Below are positions 8,745 through 17,929 of a stretch of 26,683 nucleotides of DNA, piece by piece. Positions within the stretch are counted from its first letter, which is position 1, and the number at the start of each line of letters is the position of its first letter. Where the stretch lies: assembly GCA_045605425.1 (NCBI GenBank), contig JAZUQA010000004.1, forward strand, positions 1 through 26,683, read 5' to 3'. The stretch comes from Acutalibacteraceae bacterium. Lineage in GTDB: Bacteria; Bacillota; Clostridia; Oscillospirales; Acutalibacteraceae. The notes beneath the pieces were generated by a model that was given only the letters and a program-made list of their open reading frames with translations, had not been told where the DNA came from and did no database searches. The position numbers were made by a program, and so were the translations under genes.

Positions 8745-8987
8745 ATGGCTGCTTTGATTGATTTATTAAACCGCAAAAAGGCTGATGAGGAAAACACAAG
8801 CCTCATTTACGAAATCCAGGACATCAGCCGTGCACTTGAAAGAGCATACGAGCGCTTTGAGCTGCAAAGCGACAGCGACCTTGTGGAGGCAACGATTTTT
8901 GAAATTGAAGCGCTCAAGGCACGCTACAGGTATATGCTCTCACTTGCCAAAGAGCAGAACCTGACAGCACAGGGAAAGAGGGAATAA
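8745..8987 (+). CDS. yaaL: YaaL family protein (DUF2508)
   Basis: 80-aa helical protein. Its position immediately upstream of bofA matches the yaaL-bofA arrangement of Bacillus. AAAGGA RBS present. Confidence 0.7.
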   Translation: MAALIDLLNRKKADEENTSLIYEIQDISRALERAYERFELQSDSDLVEATIFEIEALKARYRYMLSLAKEQNLTAQGKRE

Positions 8988-8988
8988 A

Positions 8989-9252
8989 ATGAAAGCTACG
9001 ACAATTGTAATAATCTTTGCCGCAGTATGCGTTCTTACAATGCTGACGGTAATGCTCAGAAGAAAGTGTTTTTTCAAGGGGCTTTTCGCCACGGTTTTTC
9101 AGGGTGTAGCCGCACTTTATGCGGTTAAACTGATCGGGCTTGCGACGGGAATAAGCATAGCGGTAAACTGGTACACGCTGGGCACGGCGGCTGTTTTAGG
9201 CTCACCGGGTGTTGCACTTATTCTCGCTGCAGAGGCTATCTTTATGCGCTGA
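8989..9252 (+). CDS. bofA: Pro-sigma-K processing inhibitor BofA (sporulation membrane protein)
   Basis: 87 aa with two or three TM segments, matching BofA family size and hydrophobic pattern (..NWYTLGTAAVLGSPGVALIL..). It starts 1 nt after the yaaL stop. AGAGGGA RBS present. Confidence 0.75.
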   Translation: MKATTIVIIFAAVCVLTMLTVMLRRKCFFKGLFATVFQGVAALYAVKLIGLATGISIAVNWYTLGTAAVLGSPGVALILAAEAIFMR

Positions 9253-11440
9253 TTACATATTCCTTATTTGCTTCAAGTGCACAGTCTACGGTTTCACCGT
9301 TGATTTCGACCTTAACCGTCTGTGCAGACTCTGAAACGAGTGTACAGGAAATAACCTTGCCTTCTTTAAACTTGGCGGAAACCTCCACATTGCCTCTTGC
9401 CTTAAGACCGCTGAAGGAGCCGGAGAGGAAGCAAGCCGTTGCAGGAAGCAGGGAGATTACATCCTCGTGGCTTTGCAGAAGCATTTCGCCTATGCCTGCC
9501 GCACCGCCAAAGTTACCGTCAATCTGGAAGGGCGGATGAGTGTCGAAAAGGTTGGGCAGGGTTGAGCGTGTGAAGAGAAGTCTTATGTGTTTATATGCTT
9601 CGTTGCCATCACGCAGTCTTGAAAAGAGGTTGATAAGCCATGCTCTGCTCCAGCCCGTGTGACCGCCGCCGTTGGCAAGTCTGCGGTCAATTGTTACTCT
9701 GATTGCGTTATAAAGCTCGGGTGTGTTTCTCGTAATCTGTGAAGCGGGATAAAGGCCAAAGGCGTGGGAAATGTGGCGGTGTCCGGGGTCTTCCTCGTCA
9801 TAATCCTCAATCCACTCCATAAGCTGGCCGTGCTTGCCGACCTGCATAGGCGGAATTTTGGGAAGTGCGGCCTTTACCTTTTCAGCCGTTTTTGTCTCCA
9901 TGCCGAGAAGCTTTTCTGTTTCAAGGTAGAATTCAAAGAGACCTCTTACAATCTGTCTGTCCATTGTAGGAGCCATACACATTGTGACGGGCTTACCGTC
10001 CGCACCGATGTACTCATTTTCGGGTGAAGCAGAAGGACCGGTAAGAAGTCTGCCCTTATCGTCCTCAACCATATAATCAAGGAAGAAATCAACACAGGCC
10101 TTTATGTATTCATACGCCTCGTTCTTAAGGAAACCAAGGTCACGGGTGTAGAGGAAATGCTCCCACATATGGAAGGCGAGCCACGCACCGCCCACAGGCC
10201 ACAAGCCCCACACGCCGTCTGCAGGGCCATTGAAGCCGTAAATGTCGCTCAGGTGGTGGGTAACAGTACCGTTGCAGCCGTAGTAATCCTTAGCAGCTTT
10301 TCTGCCGCCTTCAAGAAGATTAGTGTTCATATAATCAAACAGCGGCTTTGTACACTCGCTGATGTTTGCCTGCTCTGCCTGCCAGTAGTTCATCTGCAAA
10401 TTGATATTGGTGTGGTAGTCGGCGTTCCACGGGTTCTGCATTCTTTCGCCCCACACACCCTGGAGGTTTGCAGGAAGAGAACCCGGTCTGCTTGAGCCGA
10501 CAAGCAGGTATTTACCGAACTGCCAGTAAAGTGACATCAGCCCGAAGTCCGTTGCCTTATCGTCCTTTTTAAGTCTTTCAAGTCTTTTGTCAACAGGCAG
10601 CTTTTCAAGAGCCTCATCAGCGTCAAAGCAAACATCGCTGCGCTCCATAATTGAAGAGAAGCTCTTAGTATGTTCAGCCTTTATTGCTTCGTAATCGAAA
10701 TCCTTGCTCAGCTTTTCTACGCAGGCTGTTCTGTAGTTTTTATCAATATTATCCGAAACTATGTTTATGTAAATCACAGCGGTGCTTGCGTTTTCAACAC
10801 GCAGACTGTCTTTTTGTGCTATTACCTCACCGTCGGTATCAACCTTTGCCGCAACACAGAAGGCGTGAGTTTTATGTGCGGTGTCACAGCAGGCAACCAG
10901 CTTATTGCCGACAGCCGTTTTTTCGGTAATAAGGTCACGGTCATAGGTAATATTGAACGAAGAAGGAGCAGAGAAGCTGAATTTTACAGCCATCAGCTTT
11001 TCCTCATAGGAAACAAAGCACTCCTCAACCGTTTCAACATCCTTTTTGGTATAACTGACCGTTGCAACACCCTTATTAAGGTTGAGGTCACGGCGGTAAT
11101 TCTTTGCCTTTGACTTGTTGTCAAACTCAACGTTAATTCTGCCTGCAACCTCAAAGGAAGCGATAACGTTAAAATCATTTTCAAGGTTTTCCTCTGCCCA
11201 CTTTGCCGCCTCGAAATTTTTACCCTCGAGGAACAGTGAACGGATATAGGCAATTTTTTCTTTGAAATCGCCTGCCGGCTTCATTTCGGTGGGCTCATCC
11301 CACACGGTTTCCTCGTTGAGAACAAAAAGCTCGCTGTCTGTTCTGCCGAAAACGCTCAAACCCATTGAGCCGTTGCCAAGGGGAGTACAGTTTTCCCACT
11401 TGTCTGCCGAATTTTCAAGGTGAAGAATGTAGTCTTTCAT
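9242..11440 (-). CDS. Glycoside hydrolase family 95 (alpha-L-fucosidase-like)
   Basis: 732 aa. The N-terminal PLGNGSMGLSVFG....LNEETVW block and the central ANLQGVWGE..NPWNADYHTNINLQMNYW block are GH95 signatures. The 3' end overlaps bofA convergently by 11 nt. Confidence 0.88.
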   Translation of the reverse strand: MKDYILHLENSADKWENCTPLGNGSMGLSVFGRTDSELFVLNEETVWDEPTEMKPAGDFKEKIAYIRSLFLEGKNFEAAKWAEENLENDFNVIASFEVAGRINVEFDNKSKAKNYRRDLNLNKGVATVSYTKKDVETVEECFVSYEEKLMAVKFSFSAPSSFNITYDRDLITEKTAVGNKLVACCDTAHKTHAFCVAAKVDTDGEVIAQKDSLRVENASTAVIYINIVSDNIDKNYRTACVEKLSKDFDYEAIKAEHTKSFSSIMERSDVCFDADEALEKLPVDKRLERLKKDDKATDFGLMSLYWQFGKYLLVGSSRPGSLPANLQGVWGERMQNPWNADYHTNINLQMNYWQAEQANISECTKPLFDYMNTNLLEGGRKAAKDYYGCNGTVTHHLSDIYGFNGPADGVWGLWPVGGAWLAFHMWEHFLYTRDLGFLKNEAYEYIKACVDFFLDYMVEDDKGRLLTGPSASPENEYIGADGKPVTMCMAPTMDRQIVRGLFEFYLETEKLLGMETKTAEKVKAALPKIPPMQVGKHGQLMEWIEDYDEEDPGHRHISHAFGLYPASQITRNTPELYNAIRVTIDRRLANGGGHTGWSRAWLINLFSRLRDGNEAYKHIRLLFTRSTLPNLFDTHPPFQIDGNFGGAAGIGEMLLQSHEDVISLLPATACFLSGSFSGLKARGNVEVSAKFKEGKVISCTLVSESAQTVKVEINGETVDCALEANKEYVISA

Positions 11441-11453
11441 ATTAATAAACCTC

Positions 11454-12299
11454 TCAATTAATAATTTCTTTTATTTTTTCAAGCACGCTGTACGGAATTG
11501 CCATATTCCCCGTGCCCTTACCGATTGAAATGTGGGGCTTCATTGCGGCGTGAAAATCCGTACCGCCGCTCAAATTCAGCCCGTGTCTTTTTGCCATAGC
11601 CTGAAACTTTTCCTGCATTTCTTCGTCGTAATCGGTGTAGTAGCCTTCCAAGCCGTCAAGTCCGTAAGATTTGAGCTCAATTAAAAATTTTTCCAGTTCT
11701 TCATCGGAAATCTTTATAAGGTGCGGATGCGCCAAAAAGGCAACACCGCCTGCGGAATGTATGGCTTCAATTGCGGTTTTCGCCTCTAACTTCTGGTTGC
11801 CGAAATAGGCAGGCTTACCCGAAGAAAGATATTTTTCAAACGCCTCCTTAACGGAAGATACATAGCCCTTGTTCAACATAACCCGTGCAAAATGTGCCCT
11901 GCCGACTATACCGCCCGGCGCAAGCGAGGCAGCCTCTTCAAGCGTAACATCAAAGCCGAGGTCTTTAAGAAGCTGCGCAGTCATAACGTTGCGCTCAATC
12001 CGCTTTTCAATAATCTCGCCCAGGATTTCTTTCAAATTCGGGTTGTGAACATCAATAAAGTATCCGAGAATATGCGTTTCCGTTTTAGATTTAACGGAAA
12101 ACTCAATTGCAGGCACAACCTCAACGCCGTACCTCTCCCCTGCCTCAACAGCTTCTTCAACACCGCTTACGGTGTCGTGGTCGGTCAGCGCTATTGCGGC
12201 AAGACCGTTTTGTGCTGCGTGCTTTACCAGCTCGGCAGGTGTCATCGACCCGTCCGAGCAGGTTGAGTGGGTGTGCAAATCAATCAGCCCTTGCTGCAA
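11454..12299 (-). CDS. PHP-domain metal-dependent phosphoesterase (TrpH/YciV-like)
   Basis: IDLHTHSTCSDGSMTPAELV N-terminus, ..LTDHDT.., and ..GTDFH.. are PHP family motifs. The start is probably TTG 12299 (LQQGLIDLH), because GGGAGGTG lies about 6 nt upstream. The ATG at 12332 has no RBS. The gene lies 13 nt upstream of GH95 and is probably co-transcribed with it. Confidence 0.8.
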   Translation of the reverse strand: MQQGLIDLHTHSTCSDGSMTPAELVKHAAQNGLAAIALTDHDTVSGVEEAVEAGERYGVEVVPAIEFSVKSKTETHILGYFIDVHNPNLKEILGEIIEKRIERNVMTAQLLKDLGFDVTLEEAASLAPGGIVGRAHFARVMLNKGYVSSVKEAFEKYLSSGKPAYFGNQKLEAKTAIEAIHSAGGVAFLAHPHLIKISDEELEKFLIELKSYGLDGLEGYYTDYDEEMQEKFQAMAKRHGLNLSGGTDFHAAMKPHISIGKGTGNMAIPYSVLEKIKEIIN

Positions 12300-12444
12300 A
12301 GCGTCACCTCCCAAACAATTTATATAATACAAATTCTAGTTTATTATATTATCAAAAATCTATATGCATTGCAATAGAAAAAGTGCAGAATTTTATCAAA
12401 AACTTTAGCGCTTGAAAGTGATAAAATTATTTTTGCAAAAAGTA

Positions 12445-12473
12445 TTGACATTCAAAAATCACGGGTGTATAAT
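12445..12473 (+). promoter_or_regulatory. Near-consensus sigma-A promoter of the aro operon leader
   Basis: TTGACA (12445-12450), exactly 17 nt spacer, TATAAT (12468-12473). Confidence 0.75.
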
Positions 12474-12506
12474 GCACTCAATCTTTGACACGGGAGACGC
12501 AGTATT

Positions 12507-12575
12507 ATGCTTTGCAAAATGAATGCAACTGCATACGAGTTTTTTTACTTTTACTTTTATTTCAGCGAGAAATAA
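12507..12575 (+). CDS. Leader peptide MLCKMNATAYEFFYFYFYFSEK (22 aa) with 8 consecutive Phe/Tyr codons
   Basis: ATG 12507 is preceded by GGGAGA (12492-12497). Codons 12540-12563 read TTT TTT TAC TTT TAC TTT TAT TTC. Stop TAA is at 12573-12575. The ORF lies between the promoter and the terminator of an operon that makes Phe and Tyr. It is too short for the ORF track. Confidence 0.7.
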   Translation: MLCKMNATAYEFFYFYFYFSEK

Positions 12576-12633
12576 ATAGTAGAAGTGATTTTTGCTGCGC
12601 CTTAATTCAAAGGCAGAATATAAAGCGATTTTA

Positions 12634-12676
12634 AAGAGCTTTGCAGTAATTTCACTGCAAGGCTCTTGATTTTTTT
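12634..12676 (+). terminator. Intrinsic terminator (attenuator) immediately upstream of aroF
   Basis: agagctttgcagt (12635-12647) pairs with actgcaaggctct (12654-12666): 13 bp with one G-U, 6-nt loop, followed by a run of 7 T (12670-12676). The aroF RBS and ATG follow within 17 nt. Confidence 0.85.
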
Positions 12677-12692
12677 GAAAGGTGTTTTAAAA

Positions 12693-13703
12693 ATGGTAGT
12701 AGTACTTAAAAGCAACGCAACACAAAATCAGCTCGACAACCTTATAAGCTGGCTTGAAGAACAGAAGGTTCTTGTTCATATTTCAAAGGGCGAATATCAG
12801 ACCATTCTCGGCCTTGTAGGCAACACAACAGCCATTGACACAGACCTTATTGAAGGTCTTGACATAGTTGAAAGCGTAAAGAGAATTTCCGACCCGTTCA
12901 AGAGCGCAAACAGAAAGTTCCACCCCGACGACACGGTAGTTGACTGCTCGGGCGTAAAAATCGGCGGCGGTGAATTTGCAATTATCGCAGGCCCCTGCTC
13001 CGTTGAAAGCGAAGCACAGATTCTTGAAGTAGCAACAAAGGTACAGGCAGGCGGTGCAACACTTCTGCGTGGCGGCGCTTTCAAGCCGAGAACCTCACCC
13101 TACGATTTCCAGGGTCTTCACGCAGAAGGTATTGAGCTGCTGCTTGAGGCAAAGGAAAAGACAGGTATGCCGATAGTAACTGAAATTATGAGCGCACATC
13201 ACCTGCCCTTATTTGAAAAGGTTGATGTTATTCAGGTTGGTGCACGCAACATGCAGAACTTTGAGCTGCCCAAGGAGCTTGGCAGAACAAACAAGCCGAT
13301 ACTTCTCAAAAGAGGACTTGCAAACACACTTAAAGAGCTGCTTATGAGCGCTGAATACATTATGGCAGGCGGCAACGAGAACATCATTCTCTGCGAAAGA
13401 GGTATCCGTACCTTTGAAACCTACACGAGAAATACGCTTGACCTTTCCGCCGTACCGATGCTCAAGGAGCTCACACATCTGCCCGTAGTAATTGACCCCA
13501 GCCACGCAAGCGGTATTGCAAGGCTGGTAAAGCCAATGGCTATGGCTGCCGCAGCAGCAGGCGCAGACGGACTTATGATAGAGGTACACAACGACCCGCA
13601 GCACGCATTGTGTGACGGCCCGCAGTCACTCACACCCGAGCAGTTTGAGGACGTTGCAAGGCGTGTATTCGCAATACGCAAGGCAGTTGCGGAGCTTGAC
13701 TGA
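12693..13703 (+). CDS. aroF: 3-deoxy-7-phosphoheptulonate (DAHP) synthase, type I-beta, with an N-terminal ferredoxin-like/ACT-like regulatory domain
   Basis: [11 protein letters not shown]...[16 protein letters not shown] is an N-domain like that of the Thermotoga-type regulated DAH7PS. It is followed by the catalytic barrel ([32 protein letters not shown]). The start is ATG 12693 with an AAGGTG RBS. The track start TTG 12666 lies inside the terminator stem. Confidence 0.9.
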   Translation: MVVVLKSNATQNQLDNLISWLEEQKVLVHISKGEYQTILGLVGNTTAIDTDLIEGLDIVESVKRISDPFKSANRKFHPDDTVVDCSGVKIGGGEFAIIAGPCSVESEAQILEVATKVQAGGATLLRGGAFKPRTSPYDFQGLHAEGIELLLEAKEKTGMPIVTEIMSAHHLPLFEKVDVIQVGARNMQNFELPKELGRTNKPILLKRGLANTLKELLMSAEYIMAGGNENIILCERGIRTFETYTRNTLDLSAVPMLKELTHLPVVIDPSHASGIARLVKPMAMAAAAAGADGLMIEVHNDPQHALCDGPQSLTPEQFEDVARRVFAIRKAVAELD

Positions 13704-13730
13704 TAATTAACAGCAAAGGAGAAGAATGCA

Positions 13731-14573
13731 ATGAAAATAGGTATATGCGGCCTCGGTCTTATTGGAGGCTCACTTGCAAAGGCATTTAAAAGAGCAAACG
13801 AAACCGTATTCGGCTACGATATAAATACTCCCGTTACCGACTATGCGGTAATGGCAGGAATTACCGACGGAGTGCTTGACGACAAAACGATAGGCGAATG
13901 TGATTATATTTTCGTTGCACTTTACCCCAATGCTGTGGTAGAATATGTAGATAAGATTTCCGGAAAGGTAAAAAAAGGCGCAACGGTGGTTGACCTTTGC
14001 GGTACAAAAGCAACTGTCTGTCCGCCCTGTTTCAGAATAGCTGAAGAAAACGGCTTCAACTTTGTGGGCGGTCACCCGATGGCTGGCACACAGTTTTCCG
14101 GGCTTAAAAATTCCAAGGAAACACTTTTTGACGGCGCAACAATGATACTTGTGCCAAAGCCCAACGAGGATATGCATTTACTGGCAGACCTTCGTGACGT
14201 GCTTCTCAAAGCCGGCTTCGGCACGGTTACGGTATCCACACCCGAGGTGCACGACGTAAATATAGCCTACACCTCACAGCTTGCTCACGTTGTTTCAAAC
14301 GCATATGTCAAAAGCCCCCGTTCAAAGGTTCACAAGGGCTTTTCCGCAGGCAGCTACAAGGACCTGACCCGTGTTGCGTGGCTGAACGAGAATATGTGGA
14401 CACAGCTTTTCCTTGAAAACTCCGAAAACCTGATTATGGAAATTGACCTGATGGTAGATAATTTAAAGAAATACAGCGAAGCATTAAAGGAAAAAGACGA
14501 AGAAAAAATCCGAGACCTGCTGCGTGAAGGCAGGCTTATGAAGGAAGCGGTTGACAGTGACGAAAATAATTGA
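13731..14573 (+). CDS. tyrA: Prephenate dehydrogenase
   Basis: 280 aa. N-terminal Rossmann motif GLGLIGGS and the GGHPMAG catalytic motif. AAAGGAG RBS present. Confidence 0.88.
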   Translation: MKIGICGLGLIGGSLAKAFKRANETVFGYDINTPVTDYAVMAGITDGVLDDKTIGECDYIFVALYPNAVVEYVDKISGKVKKGATVVDLCGTKATVCPPCFRIAEENGFNFVGGHPMAGTQFSGLKNSKETLFDGATMILVPKPNEDMHLLADLRDVLLKAGFGTVTVSTPEVHDVNIAYTSQLAHVVSNAYVKSPRSKVHKGFSAGSYKDLTRVAWLNENMWTQLFLENSENLIMEIDLMVDNLKKYSEALKEKDEEKIRDLLREGRLMKEAVDSDENN

Positions 14574-15609
14574 GGTTAATGCAGGTAAGCCCTACAGCGT
14601 AAAAATCGGAGGCAGTCTGCTTGACAAAACGGGCGAAGAAGCAAAAGCACTCGGGCTTGACGGCAAGGCACTCATAATAAGCGACGACAACGTTGCCGCA
14701 CTTTATATTGAAAGAGTGAGTGCTTCGCTAAAGCAAGCAGGCTTTGAGGTGTTAAGCTTTGTAATTCCTCACGGCGAAGCCTCCAAATCTGCCGAAAATC
14801 TGATTGCAATACTTGAATTCGCCGCAGAAAACGCCCTGAGCCGCACGGACACATTTTTTGCCCTGGGCGGCGGTGTTGTCGGCGACCTTTGCGGCTTTGC
14901 AGCGGCAGTTTATATGAGGGGCACAAACTTCGTTCAGCTTCCCACTACCCTGCTTGCGGCGGTTGATTCATCAGTCGGCGGTAAAACGGCAATAGACCTT
15001 ACAGCCGGAAAAAACCTTGCAGGCGCCTTTTATCAGCCGAAGCTCGTGCTTTGTGACACGGACACCTTTGACACCCTGCCCGACAATGAATTTTCAAACG
15101 GTATGGCAGAGGTTATCAAGTACGGTATGTTCTGCGACAGTGAGTTTCTTGATATTCTTGCCGAAAGCAACACGGATATTGAAAGCATAATTGCACGCTG
15201 TGTTCAGATTAAGGCAAGGGTTGTCGAAGCCGATGAATTTGACAAGGGTGAGAGAATGTTCCTCAATTTCGGTCACACCGTTGCCCACGCTGTTGAGAAT
15301 TTAAGCAGCTATACCACTCCGCACGGAAGCGCAGTTGCAATAGGTATGGCGGTAATCACAAAAGCCGCAATTGCTATGGGTAAATGCGAAAATGAAGTTT
15401 TGGAAATTCTGATTGAACTATTGAAAAAACACAAGCTCCCCTTTGAATGTCCCTACGGCGTTGACGAGGTTTTTGAGGTTACGCTGAAGGACAAGAAAAA
15501 TGCCCACGGTAAAATAACACTCGTTATTCCCACGGGCAAGGGCGAAAGTGTACTGCAAAAATGCGATTATAACGAACTCAAGGAAATTATTACACTCGGA
15601 TTGAAGTGA
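14551..15609 (+). CDS. aroB: 3-dehydroquinate synthase
   Basis: 352 aa with GGGVVGDLCGFAAAVYMRG, LPTTLLAAVDSSVGGKTAI and the HTVAHAVE metal site. TTG start with an AAGGAAG RBS. It overlaps the tyrA 3' end by 23 nt. Confidence 0.88.
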   Translation: MTVTKIIEVNAGKPYSVKIGGSLLDKTGEEAKALGLDGKALIISDDNVAALYIERVSASLKQAGFEVLSFVIPHGEASKSAENLIAILEFAAENALSRTDTFFALGGGVVGDLCGFAAAVYMRGTNFVQLPTTLLAAVDSSVGGKTAIDLTAGKNLAGAFYQPKLVLCDTDTFDTLPDNEFSNGMAEVIKYGMFCDSEFLDILAESNTDIESIIARCVQIKARVVEADEFDKGERMFLNFGHTVAHAVENLSSYTTPHGSAVAIGMAVITKAAIAMGKCENEVLEILIELLKKHKLPFECPYGVDEVFEVTLKDKKNAHGKITLVIPTGKGESVLQKCDYNELKEIITLGLK

Positions 15610-15618
15610 TTAAAAAAT

Positions 15619-16827
15619 ATGAAAGCAATTATAACTCCCTCTGCTCTCTGCGGCGAGGTAAAAGCGCCTGCTTCAAAATCGGTTGCACACCGTGCGCTAA
15701 TCTGTGCGGCGTTGAGTGACAGGGCAACAAAAATTGACTGCTCCACCACATCAGCCGATATTGAAGCCACGGCTGACTGCTTAAGACAGCTTGGTGCAAA
15801 AATCACAAAAACAGATACGGGCTTTTTCGTTGAACCGATAACCAACTCAACCGAAAACGCAGTGCTCAACTGCGGTGAAAGCGGTTCAACACTCCGTTTT
15901 ATGTTACCCGTTGCCGCCTCATTAGGTAAAGTGGTTTCACTTTACGGCAGCGGCAGATTACCCGAAAGACCCATAGGAGAGCTTTGCGAAGCCTTACGCT
16001 CACACGGGTGCAGCACAAGCGGCGACACCATCCCCTTGACAGTAAGCGGAAAGCTCCAATCGGGTGACTATGTTATAGACGGCAGTGTCAGCTCACAGTT
16101 CATAAGCGGTCTGCTGCTCAGCCTGCCCCAAACCCACGCAGAATCAACGGTTACGGTAATCGGCGAAATTCAGTCAAAGCCATATATCGATATGACTTTA
16201 TCCGTTCTTTCCGACTTCGGAATCAGAACAGAATTCATTGAAAACAAAATAAAAATATATGCAAATAACGGCTATGTTTCGCCCGAAAAATACACGGTTG
16301 AGGGCGATTGGTCGAACGGAGCGTTCTTTATCTGTGCAAATGAAATTGAAGGCAACAACGTAAAGTGTTTAAGCTTGACAGATGCTTCATTGCAAGGCGA
16401 TAAGGCAGTTGCCGAAATTGTAAAAAAATACGGCTCGGATATAAGAATTGATGTCGGCAACATACCCGACCTTGTGCCTGTGTTAGCAGCTACGGCGTGC
16501 TTTTTCAAGGCAACAACCGTGTTTTATAACGCCGCAAGGCTGAAAATAAAAGAAAGCGACCGTTTGCTTTCAACACAAAAAATGATAACCGACCTTGGCG
16601 GCTGTGCCGAGGCAACAGATGACACACTTACCGTTTACGGAACGGGAAAACTAAGCGGCGGTACTGTTGAGTCGTTCAACGACCACCGCATCGTAATGGC
16701 GGCGGCAATTGCGGCAGCAGCGTGCGAAAACGAAACGGTAATCAACGGCTGTGAGGCCGTAAACAAATCCTACCCCACTTTTTTTGAAGAGTATAAAGCT
16801 CTGGGCGGTAAAGTAAAATTAGATTAA
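15619..16827 (+). CDS. aroA: 3-phosphoshikimate 1-carboxyvinyltransferase (EPSP synthase)
   Basis: 402 aa with KSVAHRALICAAL, GESGSTLRF, ESDR and NDHRIVMA motifs. Confidence 0.9.
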   Translation: MKAIITPSALCGEVKAPASKSVAHRALICAALSDRATKIDCSTTSADIEATADCLRQLGAKITKTDTGFFVEPITNSTENAVLNCGESGSTLRFMLPVAASLGKVVSLYGSGRLPERPIGELCEALRSHGCSTSGDTIPLTVSGKLQSGDYVIDGSVSSQFISGLLLSLPQTHAESTVTVIGEIQSKPYIDMTLSVLSDFGIRTEFIENKIKIYANNGYVSPEKYTVEGDWSNGAFFICANEIEGNNVKCLSLTDASLQGDKAVAEIVKKYGSDIRIDVGNIPDLVPVLAATACFFKATTVFYNAARLKIKESDRLLSTQKMITDLGGCAEATDDTLTVYGTGKLSGGTVESFNDHRIVMAAAIAAAACENETVINGCEAVNKSYPTFFEEYKALGGKVKLD

Positions 16828-16839
16828 CGGAGATGCATT

Positions 16840-17928
16840 ATGGAATCCTCTGCAGGTGAAAACATTAAAATAACTATATTCGGCGAGTCACACTCACCCG
16901 AAATCGGCGTTACGATAGATGGCTTTCCCGTCGGCTTTGAGATTGACGAAGAAAGCCTTGCCGCATTTATGGCAAGACGAGCCCCGGGAAAGGACGAATT
17001 TTCCACCCAAAGAAAGGAAGCGGACAAGGTTGTATTTCTGTCGGGATTAACTGACGGCAAGACTGACGGCACAACAATCCGTGCAGTCATTTACAACAGC
17101 AACCAGCGTTCAAAGGATTATTCCGAGCTCAACGATAAGCCCAGACCGGGTCACGCCGATTACACGGCAAAGATGAAATACGGCAAGGATTACGATGTCA
17201 AAGGCGGAGGACATTTTTCCGGCAGGCTCACCGCTCCGCTTTGCATTGCAGGCGGAATATGTATGCAATGGCTTGAAAGCAATGGCATCACCGTTGGCGC
17301 ACATATAGCAAGTGTTCACGGCATTAATGATAAAAGATTTGACAGCGTAAATATAACAGCCGAAGAGTTGACCGCTCTTAAGGGAAAGCCCTTCACCTGT
17401 ATTGATGACGGTGCAGCCGAAATAATGAAGGCTGAAATTCTTGCCGCAAAGAACGACTGTAATTCAGTCGGAGGTACTGTTGAATGTGCCGTTATCGGTC
17501 TACCCGTAGGTGTCGGCGGCCCTATGTTCAGCGGAATTGAGAGCAAGATTTCGCTTAACGTTTTCGGAATTCCGGCAGTAAAGGGCATTGAATTCGGCGC
17601 AGGCTTTGAAAGCACAGAGCTTTTCGGAAGCGAAAACAACGACGAATTTTATTTTGATGAAAACGGCACGGTAAAAACACGCACAAACAACTGCGGCGGT
17701 ATACTAGGCGGTATTTCCAACGCCATGCCGCTTATATTCCGGGTTGCATTCAAGCCCACACCTTCTATTTACAAAACGCAGAACACGGTTTCGCTTGAAG
17801 CAAAAGAGAACACAACGCTTAACATAGTCGGCAGACATGACCCGTGCATTGTTCAGCGTGCCGTACCCGTAGTTGAAGCGGCAGCGGCGCTGACAATTGC
17901 CGATATGATGATTGGAGAGAACAGATAA
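16840..17928 (+). CDS. aroC: Chorismate synthase
   Basis: 362 aa with FGESHSPEIGVTIDGFPVG, RPGHADYT, GRHDPC motifs. Confidence 0.9.
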   Translation: MESSAGENIKITIFGESHSPEIGVTIDGFPVGFEIDEESLAAFMARRAPGKDEFSTQRKEADKVVFLSGLTDGKTDGTTIRAVIYNSNQRSKDYSELNDKPRPGHADYTAKMKYGKDYDVKGGGHFSGRLTAPLCIAGGICMQWLESNGITVGAHIASVHGINDKRFDSVNITAEELTALKGKPFTCIDDGAAEIMKAEILAAKNDCNSVGGTVECAVIGLPVGVGGPMFSGIESKISLNVFGIPAVKGIEFGAGFESTELFGSENNDEFYFDENGTVKTRTNNCGGILGGISNAMPLIFRVAFKPTPSIYKTQNTVSLEAKENTTLNIVGRHDPCIVQRAVPVVEAAAALTIADMMIGENR

Positions 17929-17929
17929 C

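Noticed and set aside
9242-9252. 11-nt convergent overlap of the bofA and GH95 3' ends with no terminator between them
   Set aside because: It is real in the sequence, but short convergent overlaps are common. I see no structure suggesting regulation, so it is noted only as the absence of a visible terminator.
12300-12332. ATG 12332 as the start of the PHP protein
   Set aside because: The extension MYYINCLGGDA has no RBS. GGGAGGTG sits just upstream of TTG 12299, which begins the conserved LQQGLIDLHTHS N-terminus.
12666-12692. TTG 12666 as the aroF start (MIFLKGVLK extension)
   Set aside because: The codon lies at the 3' edge of the attenuator terminator stem (last paired base) and the extension reads through the T-run. 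ATG 12693 has an AAGGTG RBS, and MVVVLK matches the start of the regulatory-domain fold.
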